DNA from: Candidatus Binatia bacterium
GTDB lineage: Bacteria; Desulfobacterota; Binatia; HRBIN30
Length of the DNA: 64,000 nucleotides
Assembly (NCBI GenBank): GCA_038245295.1
Contig: JBBRSP010000019.1
Span: forward strand, 37,925-101,924
Reading direction: 5' to 3'
The notes below the pieces were generated by a model that saw only the letters and a list, made by a program, of their open reading frames with translations, did no database searches and was not told the DNA's origin. The position numbers and the translations under genes are program-made. Below, in pieces: positions 1 to 9,514 of the stretch (positions are counted from its first letter, which is position 1; the number at the start of each line of letters is the position of its first letter).

Positions 1-49
1 TATCACCATAACCCGCTCAACAGGGCGCTCCCGTACCGGGAGCGTTCTG

Positions 50-1498
50 TTGCTGGCGTTGGCGCTCCTCTGCCCGATTGTCGGACCGACAATGGCCGCG
101 GCGGCCGAGCTGCCGGTGATCCGCTGCGGCGAGGGACGACGCGCGCATATCGATCATGACGGAACGGCGTCGTTTACCGTCGAGGTTCCGGGTCGACCCG
201 TCGTTGTCATCGATGCAATCGATCCCACCGGCGCCCTCGGTCTGCTGAATGTCGAAGGCGGCGGAGAGGAAAGCTGTACCGGAAAGATCAGCTTCAACTA
301 TTCCGAACCGACCGAGGTGACGGTTCGCGATTGCTTCAACGATGACAGCGGCGACTTCTACGTAAGTGCCAACGTCATCTCCGAGGGGCCCGCCAACTGC
401 GGGTCTCCCATGCCCTGTGGGTCGGTCCCTTCCGTGCGACCGGTGCGACAGAAGGGCAAGGTCGATTCCTATACCTTCTATGCGGCGTCCGGCACTCCCG
501 TCACCGTTCATGCCCGCCCGCTGGCTAACTCCGGAGCCGGCATGCGCGTTCGGGTCTTCGATCCAACCGGCACTCCGGCTTCCGAGAGCGAGAGTTGCGG
601 CGCCAACCTTACCTTCACGGCGTCGCGCACCGGCGTCTATACAGCCCTCGTTAGCTCCTGCGACAGCCGCAACGGCGGCTTCTTTGAACTGAGCGTCGAA
701 GCCTCCTCCTGCCCCCGCGGTCCGGAAGTCACTCAATTCGCAATTGCCAAGGCCGACGGGACTCCGTTGACGGCAGACGGTTACGACATGTCGGGCCGAC
801 CGGTATTCGAACGTGATACCGGCTCGGGGTTCCTGCTCTATCTCGAAGCCCGTCCAGGCTCGAACCGGCAAATGGTTGCGCCAATCGCGTATGAGTCGGA
901 TGCCGGCCTGCCCGATATCCAACTCCTGTTCTCGCGGCCGCTCGGGAATGGCAGTCCAATGGTGTGTGATGCGACACGGCCAAACATAGGCGGTGTCCCG
1001 GCGACGCCGACTCTCCGCTTTGACGATCAAACTCCCGCGGTTGTCGACGCCATCAACGACTTCGGCTGTCGCTTCGACGACGGCACCGGCGCCGCCCGTG
1101 GCGTCTCGTCGCAGGACGCCTGCACCTTCTTCCCGAATGGTGATTTTCACTTCGTCGATCCGAGCAGCTCGCTGCAGTTTTGCGCGCTGATGTCACAGCC
1201 CTGGAGCTTCCCGTCGGGCCGCACCATCGTCAAAGCTCGCGCCCGCGACATCGCTGGAAATGTTGGCCCCGAGCGCGAGATTGCCCTGCAGGTTGGCCCG
1301 GCCGTGCCAACGTGTAGCGGTGACTGCGACGGCGACGGCTTGGTGACGGTCGATGAGCTGATCATCGTCGTCCGCGTTGCCCTGGACCAACTCAGCCTCG
1401 ATCAATGCCAGCTGACAGATACGAACGGCGACGGCGTCATCACCATCGATGAACTGATCGGCGCGGTGAACAACGCTCTGATCGGATGCGACAACTAG
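50..1498 (+). CDS. Secreted Cys-rich protein with C-terminal dockerin-like (double EF-hand) domain; may start upstream of the window
   Basis: Signal-peptide-like N-terminus; C-terminal CSGDCDGDGLVTVDELI...DTNGDGVITIDELI; frame is open to the window start. Confidence 0.75.
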   Translation: MLALALLCPIVGPTMAAAAELPVIRCGEGRRAHIDHDGTASFTVEVPGRPVVVIDAIDPTGALGLLNVEGGGEESCTGKISFNYSEPTEVTVRDCFNDDSGDFYVSANVISEGPANCGSPMPCGSVPSVRPVRQKGKVDSYTFYAASGTPVTVHARPLANSGAGMRVRVFDPTGTPASESESCGANLTFTASRTGVYTALVSSCDSRNGGFFELSVEASSCPRGPEVTQFAIAKADGTPLTADGYDMSGRPVFERDTGSGFLLYLEARPGSNRQMVAPIAYESDAGLPDIQLLFSRPLGNGSPMVCDATRPNIGGVPATPTLRFDDQTPAVVDAINDFGCRFDDGTGAARGVSSQDACTFFPNGDFHFVDPSSSLQFCALMSQPWSFPSGRTIVKARARDIAGNVGPEREIALQVGPAVPTCSGDCDGDGLVTVDELIIVVRVALDQLSLDQCQLTDTNGDGVITIDELIGAVNNALIGCDN

Positions 1499-1558
1499 AT
1501 TGTCCGCGCTAACTGCGGCTGGCACCACGCGACAAACATCGGTAGAGATCGCGCACCG

Positions 1559-2941
1559 ATGAACGATTCGAGTATTGAACCAACCCGAACCGAGCGCGAT
1601 CGTTTGATTGCCGATGCCGTTGCCTATGCGCGGCAGTCCGCCTTCTACAAGGCTCATCTGGCTGGGGCCTATGTCAACGGACGCGCCGACCTGGCGCGCT
1701 TGCCGCTGACCACCAAGGATCATCTGCGCCAGGCGAGTCCGTATGGCATGCTCGCCATCGAACCACACCGCGTCTGGCACTACCACGAATCCAGCGGCAC
1801 CACCGGCGAGCCGATCGCCACCTGGGCCGGCCTGAAGGAAGTGCAGCGTATGGGCAGCATCATCCACGCGATGGTGCCCGAGTTGTCGCAACCGTCGACG
1901 CTCCTCAATCGCTTCCCGCTGTTTTCACCCGTGTCGTTCGTCTTCGAAGAAGCGATGCGGCAGGCCGAGATGTGTCACATCGCCGCCGGCAACTTCAGCT
2001 GGGATGTGCCGTTCTCGCGCGTTCTCGAGTTCATCCACCGCCTCAAAGTAACGGCGCTATCGACCTTGCCGCTGGAGCCGATCCTGTTGCGCGAGTTGGC
2101 CGAGACCGAAGGGCGCTCGATGCGTGACTTCGACTCGCTCAAGGTCATCTTCTGCGGCGGCGCCATCTTGCCGGCGTCGATGCGCCGCCTCATCGAGCGC
2201 GACTGGAGCGCTCGCATTGTCGAGATCTACGGCTCGAATGAAACTCTGCTGCTGGGTGTCGGCTGCACCGCCGGACGCACGCACCTGTGTGAGGAGTTGA
2301 ACGAGTTTGAAGTCCTCGATCCGACGACGCATCAACCCGTCGCCAACGGCGAGGCCGGCATTCTCACCGTAACCAGCCTCGCCCACGAGGCCGCGCCGCT
2401 GGTGCGCTACTACACTGGTGACATCGTCCGTGTTTCGTCCGAGCCATGCCCGTGCGGCAATCCCACCGCGACGATGCAGTGCCTCGGACGGTACGGAGAT
2501 CGCATCATCTACGGCGGTGCGTCGATAACGCCGTTGGAGCTTCTCGACGCCGCCTATGAGTTCGCCGAGCACCTCGGCACCCGCACGTTCTTCATCGTCT
2601 TGTTGCAGAAGAACGTACGCTTCCTCGTCGAAGTCGAGCACCCGACCCGTTTCCGCGGCAGCGAGGCGGAGCGGCGTTTCGTCGAACGCGCCATCGTGCC
2701 CATCGAAGTGGAGTATCTCGACAAGAACGACGTGATGGACCGCAGCGCCCTGTTTCGCTCGCCGAAGATCTACAAACCGAGCCAGATCAGCGACTGGCGC
2801 GGCGGCGGCCGCAAGACGATTACCATCATGGAAGCCCTGCTGGAGTGGCCAACCTACGACAGGCGTACCATCTTCCACATCGTCAAGCGCCAGATCCGCA
2901 ACGGCCTGCGCCGGCGGCGGTTCATCAAGAGTGACCGTTAG
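1559..2941 (+). CDS. Phenylacetate-CoA ligase (PaaK)-family adenylate-forming enzyme
   Basis: LPLTTKDHLR, ESSGTTG P-loop, EIYGSNE, RYYTGD, PCPCG motifs. Confidence 0.85.
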   Translation: MNDSSIEPTRTERDRLIADAVAYARQSAFYKAHLAGAYVNGRADLARLPLTTKDHLRQASPYGMLAIEPHRVWHYHESSGTTGEPIATWAGLKEVQRMGSIIHAMVPELSQPSTLLNRFPLFSPVSFVFEEAMRQAEMCHIAAGNFSWDVPFSRVLEFIHRLKVTALSTLPLEPILLRELAETEGRSMRDFDSLKVIFCGGAILPASMRRLIERDWSARIVEIYGSNETLLLGVGCTAGRTHLCEELNEFEVLDPTTHQPVANGEAGILTVTSLAHEAAPLVRYYTGDIVRVSSEPCPCGNPTATMQCLGRYGDRIIYGGASITPLELLDAAYEFAEHLGTRTFFIVLLQKNVRFLVEVEHPTRFRGSEAERRFVERAIVPIEVEYLDKNDVMDRSALFRSPKIYKPSQISDWRGGGRKTITIMEALLEWPTYDRRTIFHIVKRQIRNGLRRRRFIKSDR

Positions 2942-2952
2942 CTCCGACCCTT

Positions 2953-3190
2953 CACCGTAGAGACGCAGCGTCACAGAGAAAGCCGCGATAGACACAGCCA
3001 GCTACCAGCCGGAACCAACTCAGGCCAACGGCTCTACCTCCGTCATACCGGCGAAAGCCGGTATCTCGCCAGCTTTCGAGGCTTCCAGCAGGGCTAGTTC
3101 CCGGTTTTCACCGGGAGGACGTTCAGCACTTGCCGGTATGTGGACGGAGCAATGAACGGAAAAGTCGGCGCCCGCTGCGCCTCTGCGGTG
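2953..3190. repeat. Composite repeat: outer CACCGYAGAGRCGCAGCG inverted repeat enclosing a palindromic GTCATACCGGCGAAAGCCGGTATC element
   Basis: 2953-2970 vs 3173-3190 inverted (2 mismatches); internal segments shared with copies at ~17270-17350 and ~37300-37355. Confidence 0.8.
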
Positions 3191-3200
3191 GAGGTTCTGG

Positions 3201-4181
3201 TCAGCCGCGGCTCAACTGCGGAAACACCCGCGCCACCTTGCGCCGTAGGTAGTCGCCGTAGGTTCCCTCGAAGTCGTGGACACTCTCGCCATCCCAGCGC
3301 TGGTCGCGGTCGTCGCTGACGCTGCTGCCGAGCTCGATTCGCCCAATGCGATGGATGCGCGCATCGAAGTTGGGATCGAAGAAGAACGGGAACGACAGTC
3401 GACCACGCCCCGAGGTGTTGCGCACGCGGTGCGGCGTCGAACGGTACACGCCGCCGGTCATGCGATCGAGCATATCGCCGATGTTGCAAACGAAGCTATC
3501 CGGGATCGGTGGTGCCTCGAGCCATCCCTGCTTCGACTTAACCTGCAGGCCACCGCAGTCGTCCTGCCTGAGGATGGTCAGCAACCCATAGTCGGTATGT
3601 TCGCCGACACTCCATACCTGCTCGGCGGCGGCGAGCGGCGGGTAATGGAAGATGCGAAATAGGATGAGTGGATCGGTCGTGTAGTGTGTCGCGAAGTAGT
3701 CAGCGTCGAGACCGAGGCTGAGGCCGATGCCACGCATCAGCGTGTGGCCCAATGTCGTCAGCTCGTCCATGTAGCGCAGGACCGTTGCTGCCAACTCAGC
3801 CGGACGCGATGGAAACAGGTTGGCACCGTGCAGCGGCGTGCCGGCGCGAACGTGCGCGTGCTCCGGTCCTAGCTCACGGCCGAAGTAGAGGCCTTCCTTC
3901 TGATCCGGCACCCCCGAGGTCAGTTCGTCGCCGACCGGAAAAAACCCACGCCAGGCAAGGCCGCCGCGCGCCATGGCGATCTGCATCTTCTCGTCGTGTG
4001 GCAGGCTAAAGAATTCGCGACTGAGCGCATCGAGCCGGGCCACCAATGTCGCGTCGACGCCGTGACCAACGACATAGAAGAACCCCGTATCGCGGCAGGC
4101 GACGGCGATCTCCGCCGCTGTGCGCGAGGACGAAGCGTCGGAGCGCAAGGACGAAACGTCAATGACAGGAAGGATGCTCAT
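3201..4181 (-). CDS. 2-oxoglutarate/Fe(II) oxygenase, isopenicillin N synthase family
   Basis: [25 protein letters not shown]...H facial triad, RLS 2OG-binding motif. Confidence 0.92.
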   Translation of the reverse strand: MSILPVIDVSSLRSDASSSRTAAEIAVACRDTGFFYVVGHGVDATLVARLDALSREFFSLPHDEKMQIAMARGGLAWRGFFPVGDELTSGVPDQKEGLYFGRELGPEHAHVRAGTPLHGANLFPSRPAELAATVLRYMDELTTLGHTLMRGIGLSLGLDADYFATHYTTDPLILFRIFHYPPLAAAEQVWSVGEHTDYGLLTILRQDDCGGLQVKSKQGWLEAPPIPDSFVCNIGDMLDRMTGGVYRSTPHRVRNTSGRGRLSFPFFFDPNFDARIHRIGRIELGSSVSDDRDQRWDGESVHDFEGTYGDYLRRKVARVFPQLSRG

Positions 4182-4202
4182 CAGGCGCCTCTACGCGCGA
4201 AC

Positions 4203-4342
4203 TCTCCCCTCACCCCGCTCGACTCTGGGACCGCAGGCGCGGGGTGAGGGTTAGGGTGAGGGGACTCGGATGCAAACCGCCAGCGGGCCCTCACCCCGAC
4301 CCTCTCCCACATGCCGCGAACTCGCTCGCGGTGGGAGAGGGA
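4203..4342. repeat. CCCTCACCCC...CTCTCCC...GGGAGAGGG palindromic intergenic repeat
   Basis: Paired ccctcacccc / ggggtgaggg and ccctctcccac / gtgggagaggg arms. Confidence 0.7.
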
Positions 4343-4386
4343 AGTGTTGTCTTTCCATCTCCCACAGGAACAGAGAGGTCCGCGGA

Positions 4387-5559
4387 CTAAGCCGCAACGC
4401 GCGGCGGATTGTAGTTGTCGAACGTGGCGCCTTTGGCCTCGTGATCGGAAAGAATGGCCTCGAAGGGTCGCTGATCGATCACTTCGAACTGGCTGGTCTC
4501 GAGTGGAAAGTTGGCGCCCGCCGGTGTGTACGGCGTCACCGCGGCGGAGCCAGCCGAAATGACCCGGACGACCGGTGCCAGGCGTTGCTGCATCTCACGA
4601 TTCTCGCGCGTCGTGATCACGGTCTTGGCGGTCGGCAGGGCCAGCGCCAGCAGCGATACTAGGCGCACGAATGACTCGTCATCGACATCGCGATGGCTGG
4701 CGCCGCCCGAGATACGTCGCAGGCGCGGCACGGAGAGATACACTTCCATACCAAGCTTCTGCAGATGACGGCTGTGCAAGACCAACGCCGTGAGCTCGTA
4801 GATGAGGGCGGGGTTCAGCCCGAGCAAAATTCCCGGGTGAGCGACGCGCATTCCAGCGCGGAAGGCGCGATCGAAGTTGACCAGGCGGCGCGCAAAATCG
4901 GCGCGTGGGTTGCCCGGCGTCTGCCCCATAAATTTGCGGTAGACCTCCGGCTCGTAGGTTTCCTGAAAGGTCGACATCGTAAGCTTCGGCATGATGGCGC
5001 CGTCGTCGTCGCGGTCGACGCCGTCGAGCAACACGTCGAACTCGTCGTCGTCGATCGAGCCGACATTGATCAGGACGTGTCCGAATTTGAGCTCCTGCGT
5101 CGCACGCACCGCCGCATTGACGTAACGCATCGCCCAGTCGCGGCGCTCGCGCCGGTACTCGCCGGTGAGCAACGCTACGGCCAGCATGCCGCGCTGACTC
5201 AGGATGCGTAGCTGCGCGATCACACCGTCGACATCGGCCGTCTCGCGTTGCAACGCACGGTTGTCCGTGCGCATGCCGCACATCTTACACTCGGCATCGC
5301 AGGTATTGGTCATGTAGAGCGGCGAGAAGGTCTCCAGATTATGTGCCTCGGGCGCCCGCAGAGCCGCGGCGTGATCAAAAATCGCCGCCGTATCGATCGA
5401 TGAGAACCACAGCCGGGCCATATCGGCCGCTGCCAGAGGTGACGTGAGTGTGACCGCGCTCAGCAATCCGGCAGCGTCGATGTGATCGACCTGACTGCGA
5501 GCGGCATCGATCTGTTGATGGAGAGCATCGCTATCGAGTTGAAAATCGTGATGCATCAT
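4387..5559 (-). CDS. Radical SAM aromatic amino acid lyase, NosL/NocL-like (ThiH/HydG superfamily)
   Basis: PLYMTNTCDAECKMC (CxxxCxxC), LLTGEY, INVGS, FQETY, ADFARR, PGILLGL, LSVPR, TTRE, ISAGS, SQF blocks match NosL as recalled. Confidence 0.8.
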   Translation of the reverse strand: MMHHDFQLDSDALHQQIDAARSQVDHIDAAGLLSAVTLTSPLAAADMARLWFSSIDTAAIFDHAAALRAPEAHNLETFSPLYMTNTCDAECKMCGMRTDNRALQRETADVDGVIAQLRILSQRGMLAVALLTGEYRRERRDWAMRYVNAAVRATQELKFGHVLINVGSIDDDEFDVLLDGVDRDDDGAIMPKLTMSTFQETYEPEVYRKFMGQTPGNPRADFARRLVNFDRAFRAGMRVAHPGILLGLNPALIYELTALVLHSRHLQKLGMEVYLSVPRLRRISGGASHRDVDDESFVRLVSLLALALPTAKTVITTRENREMQQRLAPVVRVISAGSAAVTPYTPAGANFPLETSQFEVIDQRPFEAILSDHEAKGATFDNYNPPRVAA

Positions 5560-5975
5560 CGATCGGACCTATAGAGCAGCGCTCGGAGGTTGGTCAACCA
5601 ACAGATTCCGCTAAGGGTTGGGCGTCGGGCGTGGTGGGTCGGGCGTTGCGGACAGTGAGGCGCACCGGAGCGATGGGCCACATGACGATCACCGACGGCG
5701 CCGGAGGAACAGTCGAGGTGGGCAGGGGTCAATCTCGGCCGCCGTCGACTTGCGAGAGTTGAGAGAGTTCTCACAACGCTGTGCGCTTCGGTCGGGAACC
5801 AGCCCGATTCCGTTCTAGTCGGCATCAAGACCGAATTGCCGTGCAAAGCCCCGCCAACGGTCCCCGACCGTTAACCGCACAACCGCCTTCGGTGGGTCCG
5901 ACCCCGGAGCCCCGCCAGCAACCGCATGTCAATTTCGTTTGTCGGGCTTCGCCTTTGAATGGTAGAGCCCCGCTG

Positions 5976-6935
5976 ATGGGGCAACGATCGCGGGTAAAAA
6001 TTGGGGTCGCAGTCTTGTTGGCATGCAATCAGTTCGCTTGTGGAGCAGTGATCAGCGGCACAACGCAGCGAGTGAGAGTGTCTTCAGATCCGGACGCGGC
6101 GCAGATCGAAGCGGTGAGTCGGCGTGGATCACGTAGTGCAACTGCACCGGGATACGTGGATGTTAGCCGTCGTCGGCCAGGCCTTGGGGTCATTCGCGCC
6201 AGCAAGGAGGGCTACCACTCTGCGTGCCGCGTCATCGAATCAAAGCGCGACCCGGCGCTCATGACCCTCGATATCATCCCCGCCGCGCTCCCTCTCCTGC
6301 TCGATCTTATGATTAAAACCTGGCCTCCCGGTGACTACCCGAAGAGTGTCGACTTGGCGCTCGAGCCCTTACCTCAGGGGTGGGTCGACGTGCTGCCATC
6401 GGCCACGGCCATCCTCGACGCGTTTGACATCGCTCAAGTCAACTTCTGCGACCCGTCCGCCGAGCTGAAAGGTTGGATGCGCATTCGCAGTCAGTACGCG
6501 AATCGAGCCACAAGGATTATCGCTACTTCCGGTGATCTATCCCGGCCCTACGATGTCGTGGGCCGCGTCGACGTCAGCGCCGAAGGAACCAACTACTGGG
6601 TATTCAACTACTGGCGGTTCGGCTCGCTTGGCACATTCGACCTCCGCCACTACGAGTACAAAGAAGACCCGGCCGCAATGAATGAGATGTTGAAGTTCAG
6701 AGCCTTCGAGAAATTCGGCGATACGTTCGATGCCATCCTAAACGTTCACTACGAATCCATGCCTCACAACAGCGTCTCCGCGGGGGGCGTAGCGGTCCGC
6801 TTCACGGGCTCCGAGGCATCGGCGCACCAAGGGAATGAGGAGCGACTGAAGGAGATACGAAATCTGCTCGACAAGGGGCTAATTACGAATGAGCAGTATG
6901 AACAGAAGCGAGCAGATATTTTGAAAGGTCTATAG
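5976..6935 (+). CDS. Putative lipoprotein with PEGA-like N-terminal region and C-terminal SHOCT domain
   Basis: Lipobox-like FACG, GTTQRVRVSSDP; C-terminal ERLKEIRNLLDKGLITNEQYEQKRADIL. Confidence 0.7.
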   Translation: MGQRSRVKIGVAVLLACNQFACGAVISGTTQRVRVSSDPDAAQIEAVSRRGSRSATAPGYVDVSRRRPGLGVIRASKEGYHSACRVIESKRDPALMTLDIIPAALPLLLDLMIKTWPPGDYPKSVDLALEPLPQGWVDVLPSATAILDAFDIAQVNFCDPSAELKGWMRIRSQYANRATRIIATSGDLSRPYDVVGRVDVSAEGTNYWVFNYWRFGSLGTFDLRHYEYKEDPAAMNEMLKFRAFEKFGDTFDAILNVHYESMPHNSVSAGGVAVRFTGSEASAHQGNEERLKEIRNLLDKGLITNEQYEQKRADILKGL

Positions 6936-7843
6936 TGGACGCTGGGTCGCGCCCGACGCCGAACGCCGCGACAACGCTGCTGCAAGACGGCGGTCTTGAT
7001 CCGGAGGCCGTCGACTGGGCGCATGTGAGTCTTCCGCCCGCGTGGCCGGATCGGCTGAACCTCCGCCAGGCGCGTGATCTGGCCTACTACGTGGCCCGCC
7101 TGTTTGGCCGCCGCCGTCCGGTTGAGCTACCGACACAGTTAAGACTGCGTCGCGAACTGCCGGCCTACCTGCTGCAGGAGTTCCACCACCTGCCGAACGG
7201 CAATTATTCTCTGCGCCTTAGCGATATCTATGTGACCTGGTTCGATCGCTCGATGCTCGGAACGATGAAACGGGGTCGCGGTCGCATCGTCGACGCGTTG
7301 GCCGGCTGTTTCAGCGTGCTTGATCTCGGTTGCGGTGGGGCCCAGCTCGGGCAGATGCTGCGTCAACGGGGCGTAGCAGAGGTCTGGGGTATGGATGCGT
7401 CGCCGTATCTCTTGCATCAGGCGGCCCGCCGTGTTGCCGGTGTGAAGCTCGTACAAGGCCTGGCGGAGGACAGCGGATTCCCCGCTGAGCGCTTCGATGG
7501 CATCGGCGCCTGCTTCTTGTTTCATGAACTGACGCCGCACGCTGCCGACGACGTCTTGCGCGAGGCCTGGCGCATTCTGAAGCCTAGTGGGCTGCTGGCG
7601 GTAACCGAGCCTTGTCCCGATCAGCTGCACGAACGGAATCTGTGGCGACTCTGGCGTCAGGCTGGCTTGGCTGGTTTTTACTTTGCGACGCTTGCCCGCT
7701 TCGTCCACGAACCCATGCTCGACGCCTGGTATGCAGTCGATCTACGTGCGTGGCTCGACCGCGCCGGCTTCGATCTGTTGAGCGACGAGTCTTGTTTACC
7801 GTTTCGAACGTTTGTGGCGCGCAAGCGCGGTGGCACCGCCTGA
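6935..7843 (+). CDS. Class I SAM-dependent methyltransferase
   Basis: VLDLGCGG, GMDASPYLL, FLFHEL, RILKPSG motifs. Confidence 0.88.
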   Translation: MDAGSRPTPNAATTLLQDGGLDPEAVDWAHVSLPPAWPDRLNLRQARDLAYYVARLFGRRRPVELPTQLRLRRELPAYLLQEFHHLPNGNYSLRLSDIYVTWFDRSMLGTMKRGRGRIVDALAGCFSVLDLGCGGAQLGQMLRQRGVAEVWGMDASPYLLHQAARRVAGVKLVQGLAEDSGFPAERFDGIGACFLFHELTPHAADDVLREAWRILKPSGLLAVTEPCPDQLHERNLWRLWRQAGLAGFYFATLARFVHEPMLDAWYAVDLRAWLDRAGFDLLSDESCLPFRTFVARKRGGTA

Positions 7844-7875
7844 GTATGGGTGTCGACGAACCGGCCCACCCTCGA

Positions 7876-9126
7876 TCAGCGGACCGCGATCTCGGCGTGG
7901 TCGTGTCCGATGGTACCCCACTTCACCATGAAATCGACGAGCCCGACGCTGTAACGACTGCGGGTCGCTTCACCCGTGAAGACACGCGGAAGGTGGCGTC
8001 CGATATGGCGGTTGAGAATCCACCAGGCCCGCTCTTGGGACTTCAGCTGGCCAACCTGAAACAACGTGAACAGGCTGCCGTCGTAGTAGTAGTCCACTAG
8101 GCGTTGCCACACTTTGAGGTTGTAGGCGACATGTGTCTCGAAGCGTTTCATTGCTCGGGTGCTGCCATCGAGAAGAGCTTGCGAGAGTTCGAGCGCGCCT
8201 TCCATGCCGATCAGCAGCCCGCTCGAGAAGACCGGGTCGATGAAGCCGAACGCATCGCCCACGGTGGCCCAGTTTTCGCCGAATCCGCGCAGCGAGCGCA
8301 TCTGGTAGTTGCTGTACTTGACGACGGGTGTGACCCGCTCGGCGCCGTGGCTCCAACGCGCCAGCATCGGTTCCTCGCGCAGCGTTCCAGCGAACTGGTC
8401 CTCGATCGACGCTCCAAAACGCGCCAGGTGGGCGGCGTTGACCACGAGTCCGATCGACACGCGGCCCGGAAGCGGGATGCGCCAGCACCAGCCTCGCGTC
8501 AGGCGATCGGTGTGTACGTTGCCGTCAACGACAAGCGGAACGCCCGTCATGTGGGCGTGCAGCGCCGCGTCCTTACGGGGGCCCTCAACGAACGGCAGCT
8601 CGAGGAGGTTGGCGATCGTACGGCTGCGCCCGGTGGCGTCGACAATCCAATCGGGTTGCTCGCGGATGGTCCCGCCGGCCATCTCCAGTGTTTTCGCGGT
8701 GAGGCGTAGCCGATCGGTGCCGTCGACGCGCTCCAGGCCGGCGGTGGCCTCGATCACCGCGGTGCCGGCGTCCCTTGCGGCCTGAAGGATTACGGCGTCG
8801 AAGAGGTCACGTGGCGTATTGTAGGAGTAGTTGACCTCGGCACCGATAACCTGGTCGAAGCGAAACGTAATGGTGCTCTCGTTCGTCAACACGAAGGTGG
8901 CTCCAGGCTTGTGGGTACTGAAAGCCTTCACCTCCTCCTCGATGCCGAGGCGGCGCAGGAATGGGATGATGGCCGGGACCAATGATTCGCCGACGATGAT
9001 GGGAGGTCGCTTTGGCTTGTGGAAAAGGATCACACGAACCCCGGCACGCGACAGGTAGGTCGCCAGGCTGGCACCCACCGGGCCGCCGCCGAGGATGGCG
9101 ACGGTGCGCACTCTTTGATCCCCCAT
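7876..9126 (-). CDS. Flavin-dependent halogenase-family protein
   Basis: GGGPVG Rossmann, GESL, candidate catalytic Lys in HKPGATF, WCWRIP (WxWxIP), GDAFGFIDPVFSSG. Confidence 0.8.
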   Translation of the reverse strand: MGDQRVRTVAILGGGPVGASLATYLSRAGVRVILFHKPKRPPIIVGESLVPAIIPFLRRLGIEEEVKAFSTHKPGATFVLTNESTITFRFDQVIGAEVNYSYNTPRDLFDAVILQAARDAGTAVIEATAGLERVDGTDRLRLTAKTLEMAGGTIREQPDWIVDATGRSRTIANLLELPFVEGPRKDAALHAHMTGVPLVVDGNVHTDRLTRGWCWRIPLPGRVSIGLVVNAAHLARFGASIEDQFAGTLREEPMLARWSHGAERVTPVVKYSNYQMRSLRGFGENWATVGDAFGFIDPVFSSGLLIGMEGALELSQALLDGSTRAMKRFETHVAYNLKVWQRLVDYYYDGSLFTLFQVGQLKSQERAWWILNRHIGRHLPRVFTGEATRSRYSVGLVDFMVKWGTIGHDHAEIAVR

Positions 9127-9259
9127 GCTCCGACCCTACAATCAGCCGGATGACGACGCAACGGCGTGAGTAGTTCGGCCTGGCAAACGATTTGACAGGT
9201 TTGCCCTCCTTGGGTGAAGAATGGCCCGTGGCGGCTATGGCAGGATCGAACGAGCGGGT

Positions 9260-9514
9260 ATGGTGACCAAAGAAGAACTGGAAGAGCGCATCTTGGCGAT
9301 CGTCCGCGAGGACATCCTGAAGGTCGACGAGAGCTTCACGCCGCAGGCGAACCTCATCGAGGCGGGCCTCGACTCACTGGCGCTGACACAGTTGATGCTG
9401 GCGATCGAGGAGAGTACCGGGCTGTGGGTCGACGAGAGTTTGCTCACGGAAGAGACCGTAGCCAACGTCATCACCTTGACCGCGCTCGTGTATGCCGAAC
9501 TACAGCAACACTGA
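9260..9514 (+). CDS. Acyl/peptidyl carrier protein
   Basis: 84 aa, acidic, GLDSL phosphopantetheinylation motif. Confidence 0.9.
   Translation: MVTKEELEERILAIVREDILKVDESFTPQANLIEAGLDSLALTQLMLAIEESTGLWVDESLLTEETVANVITLTALVYAELQQH

Noticed and set aside
4387..5559. ThiH or HydG annotation
   Set aside because: No thiG/thiS or hydrogenase maturase neighbours, no HydG C-terminal Cys motif, and motifs closer to NosL
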